A stretch of DNA of 64,000 nt from positions 5,376,001-5,440,000 of the forward strand of contig OZ220741.1 in NCBI GenBank assembly GCA_965116885.1. Reading direction: 5' to 3'. Positions 29,786 through 39,152 of this stretch are shown here, piece after piece. Every line of letters starts with the position of its first letter. Positions within the stretch are counted from its first letter, which is position 1. The position numbers were made by a program, and so were the translations under genes. The notes beneath the pieces were generated by a model. That model worked only from the letters and a program-made list of their open reading frames with translations. It was not told the origin of the DNA and searched no databases. Origin of the DNA: Candidatus Latescibacterota bacterium. Its GTDB lineage: Bacteria > Latescibacterota > UBA2968.

Positions 29786-29813
29786 GGGCGGGTCTTAGGA
29801 CTCGCCCTTTTTT
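29786..29813 (+). terminator. Intrinsic terminator
   Basis: AGGGCGGGTC-TTAG-GACTCGCCCT followed by a T tract. Confidence 0.85.
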
Positions 29814-29819
29814 CATGTA

Positions 29820-30581
29820 TCAAATGTGCATACGCAACATAGGCCGACTAAATGAAACGGGCATGTACTCCCCGGTATTCTGACGCTTTGTGCCGGGGAT
29901 CATAAAATGGATGGCAAAAGCCCGACGCTGGCGATCTGTGTGATTGGGCGGGGTGTAGTGCAGGGTTTGGCAATGGTGAAACATCACACCACCGGCGGGC
30001 AACTCGATAATTTCGGCTCTGGATATCTCCACCTGATCTTCGATATCAAACAGGGCATCGGTTTGAGACGAACGCTCGTGAGTAAATGGCCGAAGATGAG
30101 AGCCGGGAATAACGTGCATAGCCCCGTTTTCGACATCGGCATCGTCCAGAGTGAGCCAGCATGAGACGAGATTCGCCGGCATACATTGCCAGTACCCATT
30201 GTCTTGATGCCAGAAAACTGCATCTCCGTTATGTGCGGGTTTGAAGAGCGCTTGATCGTGGAACAGTTGAATATTGGGACCGATGAGCGACTCGGCAATA
30301 TCGAGTATGGGATCGTAGTAGATCAGTTCCCGATAGTGCAGATTGCGCTCACACATTTGCATAATTTGCAGCATCTGTGTGGGCGCCTCGTTTTTTTCAC
30401 TGAGATCGTCGGTATTGCTAATGGCGAGATTGCGGAAGCGGTTATCCTTACGCGCGGCTGCAAATTCGCGGTCGTATTCCCGGCGCAATATCTCGATATG
30501 TTCATCCTCGAGAAGTTTGCCAATCGAGAGATAGCCGTTCTGAAAAAAAAATTCGACTTGCTCCGAAGATAACGCAGACAT
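29820..30581 (-). CDS. Phytanoyl-CoA dioxygenase (PhyH) family
   Basis: FHDQALFKP, WHQD, ENGAMHVIPGSH, LHYT...RRA. Confidence 0.9.
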   Translation of the reverse strand: MSALSSEQVEFFFQNGYLSIGKLLEDEHIEILRREYDREFAAARKDNRFRNLAISNTDDLSEKNEAPTQMLQIMQMCERNLHYRELIYYDPILDIAESLIGPNIQLFHDQALFKPAHNGDAVFWHQDNGYWQCMPANLVSCWLTLDDADVENGAMHVIPGSHLRPFTHERSSQTDALFDIEDQVEISRAEIIELPAGGVMFHHCQTLHYTPPNHTDRQRRAFAIHFMIPGTKRQNTGEYMPVSFSRPMLRMHI

Positions 30582-30600
30582 TGTGTGCTCCTGTCAAAGA

Positions 30601-31623
30601 CTAATCCAACAACTCTTCTGTATAAGCAAACAGCGCGGGCGTCCCTCCCGTATGCACCATCACCACTGTCTCATCCTTGCCAATCTCGCCGCGGTTCACC
30701 ATATCGATCAAACCCGCCAGCGTCTTGCCCGTATAAATCGGCTCCAGCAAAATCCCCTCTGTTCGCGCCAATAGCCGTATCGCGTCATTGCCCTCGGGTG
30801 AACAATACCCATATCCCTGCTCGCCGACATACCGATCCACATTTTCAATCATAGATTCATCAAACGCGACATCCACATCCAAAATCTCCGCCATTCGTCT
30901 CAATACACCCAAAAATGCGTCTTTGAGATCATAAGACCACAAAATGGGCCTCACGCCTACAATCCGCACATCCAGCCCCAAAACGGTCTTCCCAAAAATC
31001 AAACCCGGCTGTGTACAACTGCCCGAACACACAACAACAGTCGTAGGCGTTTCACCTATTGCATCAAACTGATCCATCATCTCGGCCATACACAGCGCGT
31101 AACCCATTGCGCCAAACGGGCGATTGGCCGGTTGCATCACCACAAAAGGCTTTCGCCCTTCGCGCTCAAATTTTTCTATCAACGCCTGCTTGGCATCGTC
31201 CAACAACTCCTGCGTTTCAACATCGATCAGTTCAACATAAGCACCCAATAAATTATCCAACAGCAAATTGCCCTGCGTACTGCCACTCTTGTGATCCTTC
31301 ACCAGAACCAGCGCACAATCCACACCTATCTTTGCGGATGCCGCCGCCAACTGCCGGCTGTGATTGGACTGAGACCCCGCCCCACCAATAAGCACATCCG
31401 CACCGCGAACCAAACCCTGTGCAATCGTAAACTCAAGCTGCCGCGTCTTATTGCCGCCAAACGCCAGACCCGTACAATCATCGCGTTTAATATAAATTTT
31501 TGGACCACCAACCGCTTCTGTCAACCGCTCGCAAAACTCGAGCGGCGTGGGCAAATGCCCCAGCGACACACGCGGCACCTTCTCAATACGTGCTCTCAGT
31601 TCGTCACGGGAAATAACAGCCAT
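30601..31623 (-). CDS. D-cysteine desulfhydrase / ACC deaminase family PLP enzyme
   Basis: PTPL, KRDDCTGLAFGGNKTRQL, QSNH, LEPIYTGK, HTGG; GAGGAGG before ATG 31623. Confidence 0.9.
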   Translation of the reverse strand: MAVISRDELRARIEKVPRVSLGHLPTPLEFCERLTEAVGGPKIYIKRDDCTGLAFGGNKTRQLEFTIAQGLVRGADVLIGGAGSQSNHSRQLAAASAKIGVDCALVLVKDHKSGSTQGNLLLDNLLGAYVELIDVETQELLDDAKQALIEKFEREGRKPFVVMQPANRPFGAMGYALCMAEMMDQFDAIGETPTTVVVCSGSCTQPGLIFGKTVLGLDVRIVGVRPILWSYDLKDAFLGVLRRMAEILDVDVAFDESMIENVDRYVGEQGYGYCSPEGNDAIRLLARTEGILLEPIYTGKTLAGLIDMVNRGEIGKDETVVMVHTGGTPALFAYTEELLD

Positions 31624-31644
31624 TATAACCTCCTCAGTCAGAAT

Positions 31645-31677
31645 CAGGATGTGCAGGATGGAAGGATGAACAGGATA
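31645..31677. repeat. Degenerate AGGAT short repeat (a similar tract is at 32880-32916)
   Basis: TCAGGATGTGCAGGATGGAAGGATGAACAGGAT. Confidence 0.7.
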
Positions 31678-31708
31678 AAAGCAAATGCAACCACAGATGA
31701 AGGCAAGC

Positions 31709-31736
31709 GTAGGGGCGGTGCCCCCGTGCCCGCCCG
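31709..31736 (+). repeat. GTAG-family REP element
   Basis: GTAGGGGCGGTGCCCCCGTGCCCGCCCG; one mismatch to the copy at 51619. Confidence 0.85.
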
Positions 31737-31903
31737 TCATGGGTGTATATCAGCACAATCGCAGCGTATGGAACGGAATATACACGCATGAAGCAAGCGA
31801 AAATGCCATTGACATTTCATAAGATAGCGAATTATTTGTTAAGGGCAGTACATACGGGGGTTACATCACCAAAAACCATCAATAAAAAGCCAGGGAGGAC
31901 CCC

Positions 31904-32881
31904 ATGAAAATACTCATCACCGGCATCACAGGGCGCATCGGCGGCAACCTGGCAGCGCAACTCGTTGAACAGGGGCATCAGGTACGCGGGCTTGTATGGC
32001 CCAAAGATCCGCGCGTAGAAAAATTTGAGGGCATTGACCTCGAACTCATCGAAGGCAGCCTCACCGAATACGAAGACGTGAAAAAAGTCACTGACGGCGT
32101 CGATGTAATCTATCACCTGGGCGCGGCCTTTCAGGGAGGCGGCCCATTTGAGGACAACGACTACTTTGAAATCAACCTGCGCGGCACCTTCCACATGCTC
32201 AAAGCCGCAACCGAACAGCGCAACCTCAAACAATTCATCTTCGCAAGCACAGACGCGCTCTACGCCAAATATCCCCCTGAAGGCATGGACAAACCCATCC
32301 GGGAAGACGCAATGCCCAGAGAACCGAGCGGTTGGTACGCCCTATCCAAATCCGTCGGTGAAGAAATGTGCTACGGATACTGGCGCGCCCACCAACTGCC
32401 CATCACCATCTTGCGCTTTTGCCTCGTCGTCGGCGCGGGCGAAATCCTCGACTTCCGCCAATTTTACCTGAGCAAACTCAAAGGACTTCCCGAACTCAAA
32501 GCACTCTGGCGCGGCGAAGAACGCCTCCTCCTGCTCAAAGACATGAAAGGTCGCTCCTACAAAAAACACATCGCCGACGTGCGCGACATTGTACACGGCT
32601 GCATCTGTGCCTTAAACAAAACACAAGCCGCCGGACACGCCATCCAACTCGGCGGACCGCGTCCATTCACCTGGGCCGAAGCCATCCCGTATTTATCCCA
32701 ACGCTTGAACATCCCCTATCAGGAAGCCATCTTACACGGCGCGCCCACACATTACGAATACGACCTGACCAAAGCGCGCGACCTGATCGGCTTTAACCCG
32801 CAATACGACATCATCCGCATGATCGAAGACGCCATCGCCTATCGAGAGGGCAAAACCATCAACGTCTTGCCCACGGAGTAG
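31904..32881 (+). CDS. NAD-dependent epimerase/dehydratase
   Basis: ITGITGRIG, YALSK (YxxxK). Confidence 0.9.
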   Translation: MKILITGITGRIGGNLAAQLVEQGHQVRGLVWPKDPRVEKFEGIDLELIEGSLTEYEDVKKVTDGVDVIYHLGAAFQGGGPFEDNDYFEINLRGTFHMLKAATEQRNLKQFIFASTDALYAKYPPEGMDKPIREDAMPREPSGWYALSKSVGEEMCYGYWRAHQLPITILRFCLVVGAGEILDFRQFYLSKLKGLPELKALWRGEERLLLLKDMKGRSYKKHIADVRDIVHGCICALNKTQAAGHAIQLGGPRPFTWAEAIPYLSQRLNIPYQEAILHGAPTHYEYDLTKARDLIGFNPQYDIIRMIEDAIAYREGKTINVLPTE

Positions 32882-32951
32882 GATCAGGATGGGCAGGATG
32901 ATAGGATGAGCAGGATACACCCCGCCTCCCCCCAAAACCAAGAGGAAACAG

Positions 32952-34457
32952 ATGTCTCAACCCAACATACTCATGATCATCTCAGACCAGATGACACCCT
33001 TTCTCACGGGTGCGTATGGCCATCCCGTCGTCCAAACGCCTGCGCTAAACGCGTTGGCAGAAAACGGCATTCGCTTTGATGCGGCCTATACGCCCTTCCC
33101 GCTCTGTTCACCTGCACGCGCCTGCTTCATGACGGGAAACAACGCCGCAAAAATTGGAGCCTATGACAACGGTGCTGAACTCCGCTCGGACATCCCCACA
33201 TTTGCCCACCACCTCACCCGCGCCGGATATGACACCGTCCTCTCCGGCAAAATGCACTTCATAGGTGCCGATCAACTCCACGGCTTCAGACGCCGCCTCA
33301 CCACGGACATCTACCCGGAAGATTTCCGGTGGGTCAAACCCGAATGGATACACATCAAAGAAACCAGAGGAGAAAATTATCAGGCCGTCATGGAACAGCG
33401 GGGCAGGTATAACGCCGCAAATTACGACGGACACAAGATCCAAATCGACACCTGGCACGGTCCCCTCAGCTACGACGAAGAAACGCACTTCCGATCACTG
33501 GAATACCTCCACGCCATCGGCGCACAGAAAAATCCCAAACCCTTCCTCCTCTGCGCGTCTTACCACCACCCCCACGAACCCTTTTGGCCGCCCCAATCCT
33601 ATTGGGACATGTACGAAAATGCGGACATCGAAATACCCACCTTGCCAGACAACCTGGACGACACATACTCCATGATGGACAACTGGCTCAACGCCTATCA
33701 CGGCACGCGCAAACACGACCTGCGCGACCCGGACGCGCTCTACAAACTCCGCCGAGCCTATTACGGACTCGTCACATACATGGACGACAAAGTTGGGGAA
33801 CTGCTCGCTTCGCTAAAAGAAAATGGCCTGGACGACAACACCATCGTCATCTTCTTTTCCGATCACGGCGACATGCTCTGCGAAAAAGAAATGGTCCAAA
33901 AACGAACCTTCTACGACTGGTCCAGCCGCGTACCCTTCTTTATCCGCTTTCCAGACCATTACAAAGCCGGCAGCACAATCGACCAGCCCGTCTCGCTCAT
34001 TGACCTGTTGCCCACCCTATGCGACATAGCGGGATTGGAAGACCACTACCCCTGCGACGGCTCCAGCCTGATGCCCCTCATCGAAGGCGCAGAAACAGAA
34101 GACCGAGAAATTATTGTCGAAGCCCACGAAGCAGTCGGCACCCCCTGCGTCATGATTCGCAAAAACAACTTCAAATACAACCACATCCACGAACACGAAC
34201 CGCAGCTATTTGACCTCGACGCCGACCCGGGCGAATGGAATAACCTCAGCGGCCAGCCAGACCATGCGGAAATCGAAACCCATCTTCGCACGCGCATCCT
34301 CGACAACTACGACCTCGACGCCATAGCCGCAGCCAATTTAGACAGCCTGTATCGCAGGCAACTCATCCACGAGGCAATGCAAGCCAATGGTACATCCTGG
34401 GCGTACAATCCCAGCTTTGACCCGACCAAAAACGCACAGGCACAGTACCTCCCATAA
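32952..34457 (+). CDS. Sulfatase, choline-sulfatase-like
   Basis: CSPAR, SGKMHFIGADQLHGF, SDHGDM, BetC-like C-terminus. Confidence 0.9.
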   Translation: MSQPNILMIISDQMTPFLTGAYGHPVVQTPALNALAENGIRFDAAYTPFPLCSPARACFMTGNNAAKIGAYDNGAELRSDIPTFAHHLTRAGYDTVLSGKMHFIGADQLHGFRRRLTTDIYPEDFRWVKPEWIHIKETRGENYQAVMEQRGRYNAANYDGHKIQIDTWHGPLSYDEETHFRSLEYLHAIGAQKNPKPFLLCASYHHPHEPFWPPQSYWDMYENADIEIPTLPDNLDDTYSMMDNWLNAYHGTRKHDLRDPDALYKLRRAYYGLVTYMDDKVGELLASLKENGLDDNTIVIFFSDHGDMLCEKEMVQKRTFYDWSSRVPFFIRFPDHYKAGSTIDQPVSLIDLLPTLCDIAGLEDHYPCDGSSLMPLIEGAETEDREIIVEAHEAVGTPCVMIRKNNFKYNHIHEHEPQLFDLDADPGEWNNLSGQPDHAEIETHLRTRILDNYDLDAIAAANLDSLYRRQLIHEAMQANGTSWAYNPSFDPTKNAQAQYLP

Positions 34458-34473
34458 CGAACAGGAGCAACCA

Positions 34474-35391
34474 ATGTCCAACAACACACCATTCATCGTC
34501 GATAAAAACCTCGGCGTCAACATGACCGTCGAACCAGAAGACCTCACGCAAACCAACGCCGATGGAGAAACCGCCATCGCGCCCACACAAGAGGAAAAAT
34601 ACCTCTTTGATGCGCGCGGCTGGTTGCTCTTTCCGGGCGTCCTTTCCGATGACGACATACGCGACATGCGCGAATATGCACTACAGGTCAAACACGATCC
34701 GCAATCGCTACCCGAACACGAACAATCCTACCTATCAGGTCCCCTGCAAAAACTCGCCGACCACCCCATAGTCGTCGGCTTTATGAACGAATTTGTCGCA
34801 CATCCCCATCTCGCCAGCCCCGATGGATATGGCTTTCGCATGGAAGCATCAAACATCCGGTTCCGCTCGACGCGCACCGGCGAAGTCGGCAGCTTTCGTC
34901 CGCACAATGGCAACGGCCTGTTTCGCTTTGCAATCGACTCGCACCACTATCAGTGCATCCCCGGCAAAGCCTATAGCGGTCTAACCCGCGTAGTCTGGGA
35001 ACTCGCCCCTGTACAAAAAGGCAAAGGCGGCACACTGGTGGTCAGCGGCAGCCACAAAGCAGTTTATGCCGCGCCAGAATCCATCCACGACCCAAACTCG
35101 CCCATCTGGGACACCTACGAATGCCCGGCTGGCTCACTACTCATTTTCACCGAAGCCATCACCCACAGCGCAACGCCCTGGACAGATGAAACAACCGACC
35201 GCGTCGCCATCTTCAATCTCTACAACACCATCGGCGCCAAATGGAGCAACTGGCATCCACACCCGGACCTGCTCGCCTCCATGCCACCCAAACGCCAGAG
35301 CCTGTTTCGTGATGTGCGCTGCGCCGCCAATCGCATTGGCGGCAACGGACGCTACCACGGCGGAAATCTCAAGGATATAAGAGTGAAATAA
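34474..35391 (+). CDS. PhyH-family Fe(II)/2OG enzyme with an HxG motif
   Basis: YLFDARGW, GGTLVVSGSHK, FTEAITHS, R in DRVA; the first metal motif reads HNG. Confidence 0.8.
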   Translation: MSNNTPFIVDKNLGVNMTVEPEDLTQTNADGETAIAPTQEEKYLFDARGWLLFPGVLSDDDIRDMREYALQVKHDPQSLPEHEQSYLSGPLQKLADHPIVVGFMNEFVAHPHLASPDGYGFRMEASNIRFRSTRTGEVGSFRPHNGNGLFRFAIDSHHYQCIPGKAYSGLTRVVWELAPVQKGKGGTLVVSGSHKAVYAAPESIHDPNSPIWDTYECPAGSLLIFTEAITHSATPWTDETTDRVAIFNLYNTIGAKWSNWHPHPDLLASMPPKRQSLFRDVRCAANRIGGNGRYHGGNLKDIRVK

Positions 35392-35424
35392 AACGCTCAC
35401 CTCTTTCTTTTTTCGGAGTTTTAT

Positions 35425-36741
35425 ATGCCAAACCTATCTAACCGTCCCAACATCCTCTTCTTCTTCCCCGACCAACTTCGCTTTGATTGGATCGGCAGCA
35501 ATCCCGACATTGCCGTACGCACGCCCAACCTGGATCGCCTGCAAAAAAACGGGGCGACATTCTCCAAAACCGTCTGTCCCGCACCCGTATGCGCGCCCAG
35601 CCGCGCCTGTATTGCAGCCGGCACGGAATACGACAACTGTCCGGTCAAAGGAAACAGCGACGACTATCCCACAGACCGAGCCACTCTTTACAGCATGCTC
35701 CGCGACAGCGGGTACCACACACTGGGGTGTGGCAAATTCGACCTCAACAAAGGCACCTGCACATCCAACCTGCCAGCCTGGGGACTGGACGGCAAACGCC
35801 ATTTGAACGAATGGGGATTCTCGGACGGCATCAACAACGAAGGCAAAATAGACGGCGCCAACAGCGGGCGCGAAAAACCGCAAGGACCCTATTTGCAATT
35901 CCTCGAAGAGCGCGGCCTGCGCCAGATGCACCTCAACGACTTTGCCAACCGCAAGGGCCAGCGCAGTACCTTTGCCACACCACTGCCCGATGACGCCTAT
36001 TGCGACAACTGGATCGGGCAAAATGGCCGGGACCTCATCCAATCCGTCCCCGAGGACAAACCCTGGTTCATACAGGTCAATTTCAACGGCCCCCACCTGC
36101 CCCTGGACATCACGGAAAGCATGGCAAAACTCTACGAAAACGTCGATTTTCCGCAACCGAACGGCAACGACCAATTGACGCCCGATGAACTCCTCGAAGC
36201 CAGGCGAAACTACTCCGCCATGGTCGAAAACATCGACCATCAGGTTGGTCTCTACCTGGACCTGCTCGAAGAACGGGGCGAATTGGACAATACCCTCATC
36301 GTCTTTTCCTCGGATCACGGTGAAATGCTCGGCGACCACAACGCCTGGGGCAAGGGCAAACCCCTGCACCCCTCCGCCAGCGTGCCCCTCGTCATATCGG
36401 GACCCGGAGTACAGCAGGACATAACCCATGACCTGCCCACAACCAACCTGGACCTCACCGCCACCTTCCTCGACTACGCGGGTCTGGGCATCCCCGACGA
36501 CATGGACAGCCGATCCCTCCGCAACCTCCTCGAAGGCAAGACCAGCACGCATCGGGACATCGTCCTATCCGGCCTGGGCAACTGGCGCATGGCTTATGAC
36601 GGCCGCTACAAATACATCGAAGGATTTGACGACACCCCTATGCTCTTTGACCTGGACACCGACCCCCTCGAAAACAACAACATCATCGACAATCCGGATG
36701 CCTCATCGCACGTTGAGCGCTTAAAAGCAGAGTTGATATAA
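35425..36741 (+). CDS. Sulfatase
   Basis: PNILFFFPDQ, CAPSR, SSDHGEM. Confidence 0.92.
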   Translation: MPNLSNRPNILFFFPDQLRFDWIGSNPDIAVRTPNLDRLQKNGATFSKTVCPAPVCAPSRACIAAGTEYDNCPVKGNSDDYPTDRATLYSMLRDSGYHTLGCGKFDLNKGTCTSNLPAWGLDGKRHLNEWGFSDGINNEGKIDGANSGREKPQGPYLQFLEERGLRQMHLNDFANRKGQRSTFATPLPDDAYCDNWIGQNGRDLIQSVPEDKPWFIQVNFNGPHLPLDITESMAKLYENVDFPQPNGNDQLTPDELLEARRNYSAMVENIDHQVGLYLDLLEERGELDNTLIVFSSDHGEMLGDHNAWGKGKPLHPSASVPLVISGPGVQQDITHDLPTTNLDLTATFLDYAGLGIPDDMDSRSLRNLLEGKTSTHRDIVLSGLGNWRMAYDGRYKYIEGFDDTPMLFDLDTDPLENNNIIDNPDASSHVERLKAELI

Positions 36742-38084
36742 TGACCAACCATCGCCCCAACATCCTCTTCTTCTGCTCTGACCAGCACCAGACCGCTGCG
36801 TCGGGATGTTATGGTCACGCAGAAGCACAAACCCCGAATATCGACCGCATCGCCGCATCTGGCATCCGCTTTAACAGAGCCTACTGCCAGTCTCCCGTCT
36901 GTGTACCCGCACGCGGCTCAATCATCACCGCGCAATATCCCCACACACACGGCGCGCGCATCTTACAAGACGCACTATCCCCCAACACGCGCACCATAGC
37001 CCATCACTTTGCCGAACACGGCTATCAAACCGGGGCAATAGGCAAAATGCACTTTGTGGATGAAACGCAAAAACACGGCTTTGACTACCGCCTCGAAATG
37101 GGAGACTTCAGAAAAACACTCACAGATAAAGAACGGCGGGAACTACAGCGAGACCAGGGCGGCGGAGGCGGCACATCGGGACGACCATCCAAATTATCCG
37201 CGCGCTATTTTCAAGACACGTATTACGCCGACGAAACCGTGCGGTATCTACGCGAAAAAAGGGACCCCAACAAACCCTTTATCCTCTGGTCGTCCTACTT
37301 CATGCCGCACACGCCCTTGGTCCCGATGCAACAATACTTCGACCTCTACAATCCCGAAACCCTCACCCTGCCCGAACGCAGCGACAATGCGCTTGAAACC
37401 GGTTTTGAAGGCCACCTCATCCGCGCCAAACAGCGGGGATGGTACGCCCAAACAGACCGAGAACTCGGCCGCGCACTCGCCGGATACTACGGCAACATCA
37501 GCCAGATGGATGCGTGCGTCGGCAAAGTACTCGACACACTCTACGACCTCGGCCTCGACGAAAACACCATCATCGTCTATACATCTGATCACGGCGAAAT
37601 GGCCGGCGCACATCGCATGTGGACCAAACACAACATGTATGAACAATCGGTCTGCGTACCGCTCATCATCCGCCTGCCCGGAGACATCCAGGCCAACACC
37701 TCGCACAATCACCTCGTCGAACACGTAGATATCTACCCCACACTCGCCGAATTGTGCAACTTGCCCATCCCGGAAAACATCCACGGGCGCAGTTTTGCCC
37801 CCTTATTTGACAACCGAACGTACCAGCCGCGCGAATACGCCTACTCCGAATACGATTTTTGTCACAGTGTCTTCACGCGAGACAATCGGTATGTGGGCAA
37901 CCCGCCGATTCTCATGATTCGCACGGACCGCTGGAAACTCAATTATCTGAGCTGGGCACGCTCTGAACTCTTTGACCTGGAGAACGACCCGAATGAATTT
38001 CGCAACGTCATTGACGACCCCGCAAATGCCAGCATCGCGCGCGAACTCACCGACATTGCGAAACGGATGTATAGGACGAATTAG
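36741..38084 (+). CDS. Sulfatase
   Basis: PNILFFCSDQ, CVPAR, GKMHF, TSDHGEM. Confidence 0.92.
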   Translation: MTNHRPNILFFCSDQHQTAASGCYGHAEAQTPNIDRIAASGIRFNRAYCQSPVCVPARGSIITAQYPHTHGARILQDALSPNTRTIAHHFAEHGYQTGAIGKMHFVDETQKHGFDYRLEMGDFRKTLTDKERRELQRDQGGGGGTSGRPSKLSARYFQDTYYADETVRYLREKRDPNKPFILWSSYFMPHTPLVPMQQYFDLYNPETLTLPERSDNALETGFEGHLIRAKQRGWYAQTDRELGRALAGYYGNISQMDACVGKVLDTLYDLGLDENTIIVYTSDHGEMAGAHRMWTKHNMYEQSVCVPLIIRLPGDIQANTSHNHLVEHVDIYPTLAELCNLPIPENIHGRSFAPLFDNRTYQPREYAYSEYDFCHSVFTRDNRYVGNPPILMIRTDRWKLNYLSWARSELFDLENDPNEFRNVIDDPANASIARELTDIAKRMYRTN

Positions 38085-38157
38085 GAATTAGAAATTAAAA
38101 ATTAAGAATTGGGGGCTGGGTGGCCAGGGGTTGGACTGACAACTGACAACTGACAAC
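38078..38157. repeat. Heptamer tandem repeats
   Basis: Degenerate (GAATTAG)n at 38078-38110 and (ACTGACA)x3 at 38135-38157. Confidence 0.75.
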
Positions 38158-38170
38158 AAAGGAGCACATC

Positions 38171-39097
38171 ATGTCTGCTTTTCAAACACCCGACGGCACA
38201 AAAGTCAGAATGAGCGGAAAAGAACTCGTATTTGGAGAAACCATCTTCTCGCCGAGGGAATCCAACGACATCCTCGCAGACACGGAAGCACTGAAACAGC
38301 GAATGGAAGAAGACGGGTATCTCATCATTCGCAACTTTCACAACCGCGAAGACATCATGAAAGCCCGAAAAGAAATTATCGATCACATGGAAAGTCAGGG
38401 TCTGCTCGCCGAGGGATCCACACTTGAAGACGCCATCATCGGCGATAGAAAACGCTCCATGCGCTTCAAAGACAACCTGGTCAAAACCTGGCCCGGCTTT
38501 CTCAATATTGTCGATGGCAAAAACACAATGGACTTCTTCGGCCGCTTTTTGGGCGGACCCGCCCTCTCGCTCGATCACAAATGGCTGCGCGCCATCAGAA
38601 CGGGGGGCAATGCGGGAATGCACTGCGACATTGTGTATATGGGCGCGGGCACCAACAATCTCTATACCATGTGGACAGCGCTGGGCGATATCTCCCTCGA
38701 CATGGGACCACTCGCCCTCTGCCTGGGATCGCACAAACTCGAACATCTCCGCAATACCTACGGCGCATCGGATGCACACGACGACTTGATCCAGGGCGCA
38801 TTCTCCAACGACCCCTACGATGTCATAGAAACCCTCGGCACCAAATGGGCCGCCACGCCATTTCAAGCCGGTGATGTCGTCATCTTCGGCATGTACTTCA
38901 TGCACGCCTCCCTCGAAAACACCACCAACCGCTTTCGCATCAGCAGCGACACGCGCTACCAACTCGCCACAGAAGCCACGGACCAGCGACACATGGGCAA
39001 AGACCCCGACGTAATACCCAAAGCAGATCTGTCCGAACGAAAATCCATCGAAGAATACCGCGCGGAATGGGGATTGGCGAAGGAGACCTCTGCTTGA
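38171..39097 (+). CDS. PhyH-family dioxygenase
   Basis: MHCD, WTALGD, GSH, GDVVIFGMYFMHAS, RISSDTRY. Confidence 0.88.
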   Translation: MSAFQTPDGTKVRMSGKELVFGETIFSPRESNDILADTEALKQRMEEDGYLIIRNFHNREDIMKARKEIIDHMESQGLLAEGSTLEDAIIGDRKRSMRFKDNLVKTWPGFLNIVDGKNTMDFFGRFLGGPALSLDHKWLRAIRTGGNAGMHCDIVYMGAGTNNLYTMWTALGDISLDMGPLALCLGSHKLEHLRNTYGASDAHDDLIQGAFSNDPYDVIETLGTKWAATPFQAGDVVIFGMYFMHASLENTTNRFRISSDTRYQLATEATDQRHMGKDPDVIPKADLSERKSIEEYRAEWGLAKETSA

Positions 39098-39152
39098 GAT
39101 ATTCACCTGAATACGTAGCCCCAATTCTATCTTGAAAGGAGTTTTTATACCT

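Noticed and set aside
35434..36552. Long antisense ORFs such as 35434-36552, 20803-21705, 38102-39166 and 59362-60291
   Set aside because: Shadow frames opposite well-supported genes, with no recognisable motifs.
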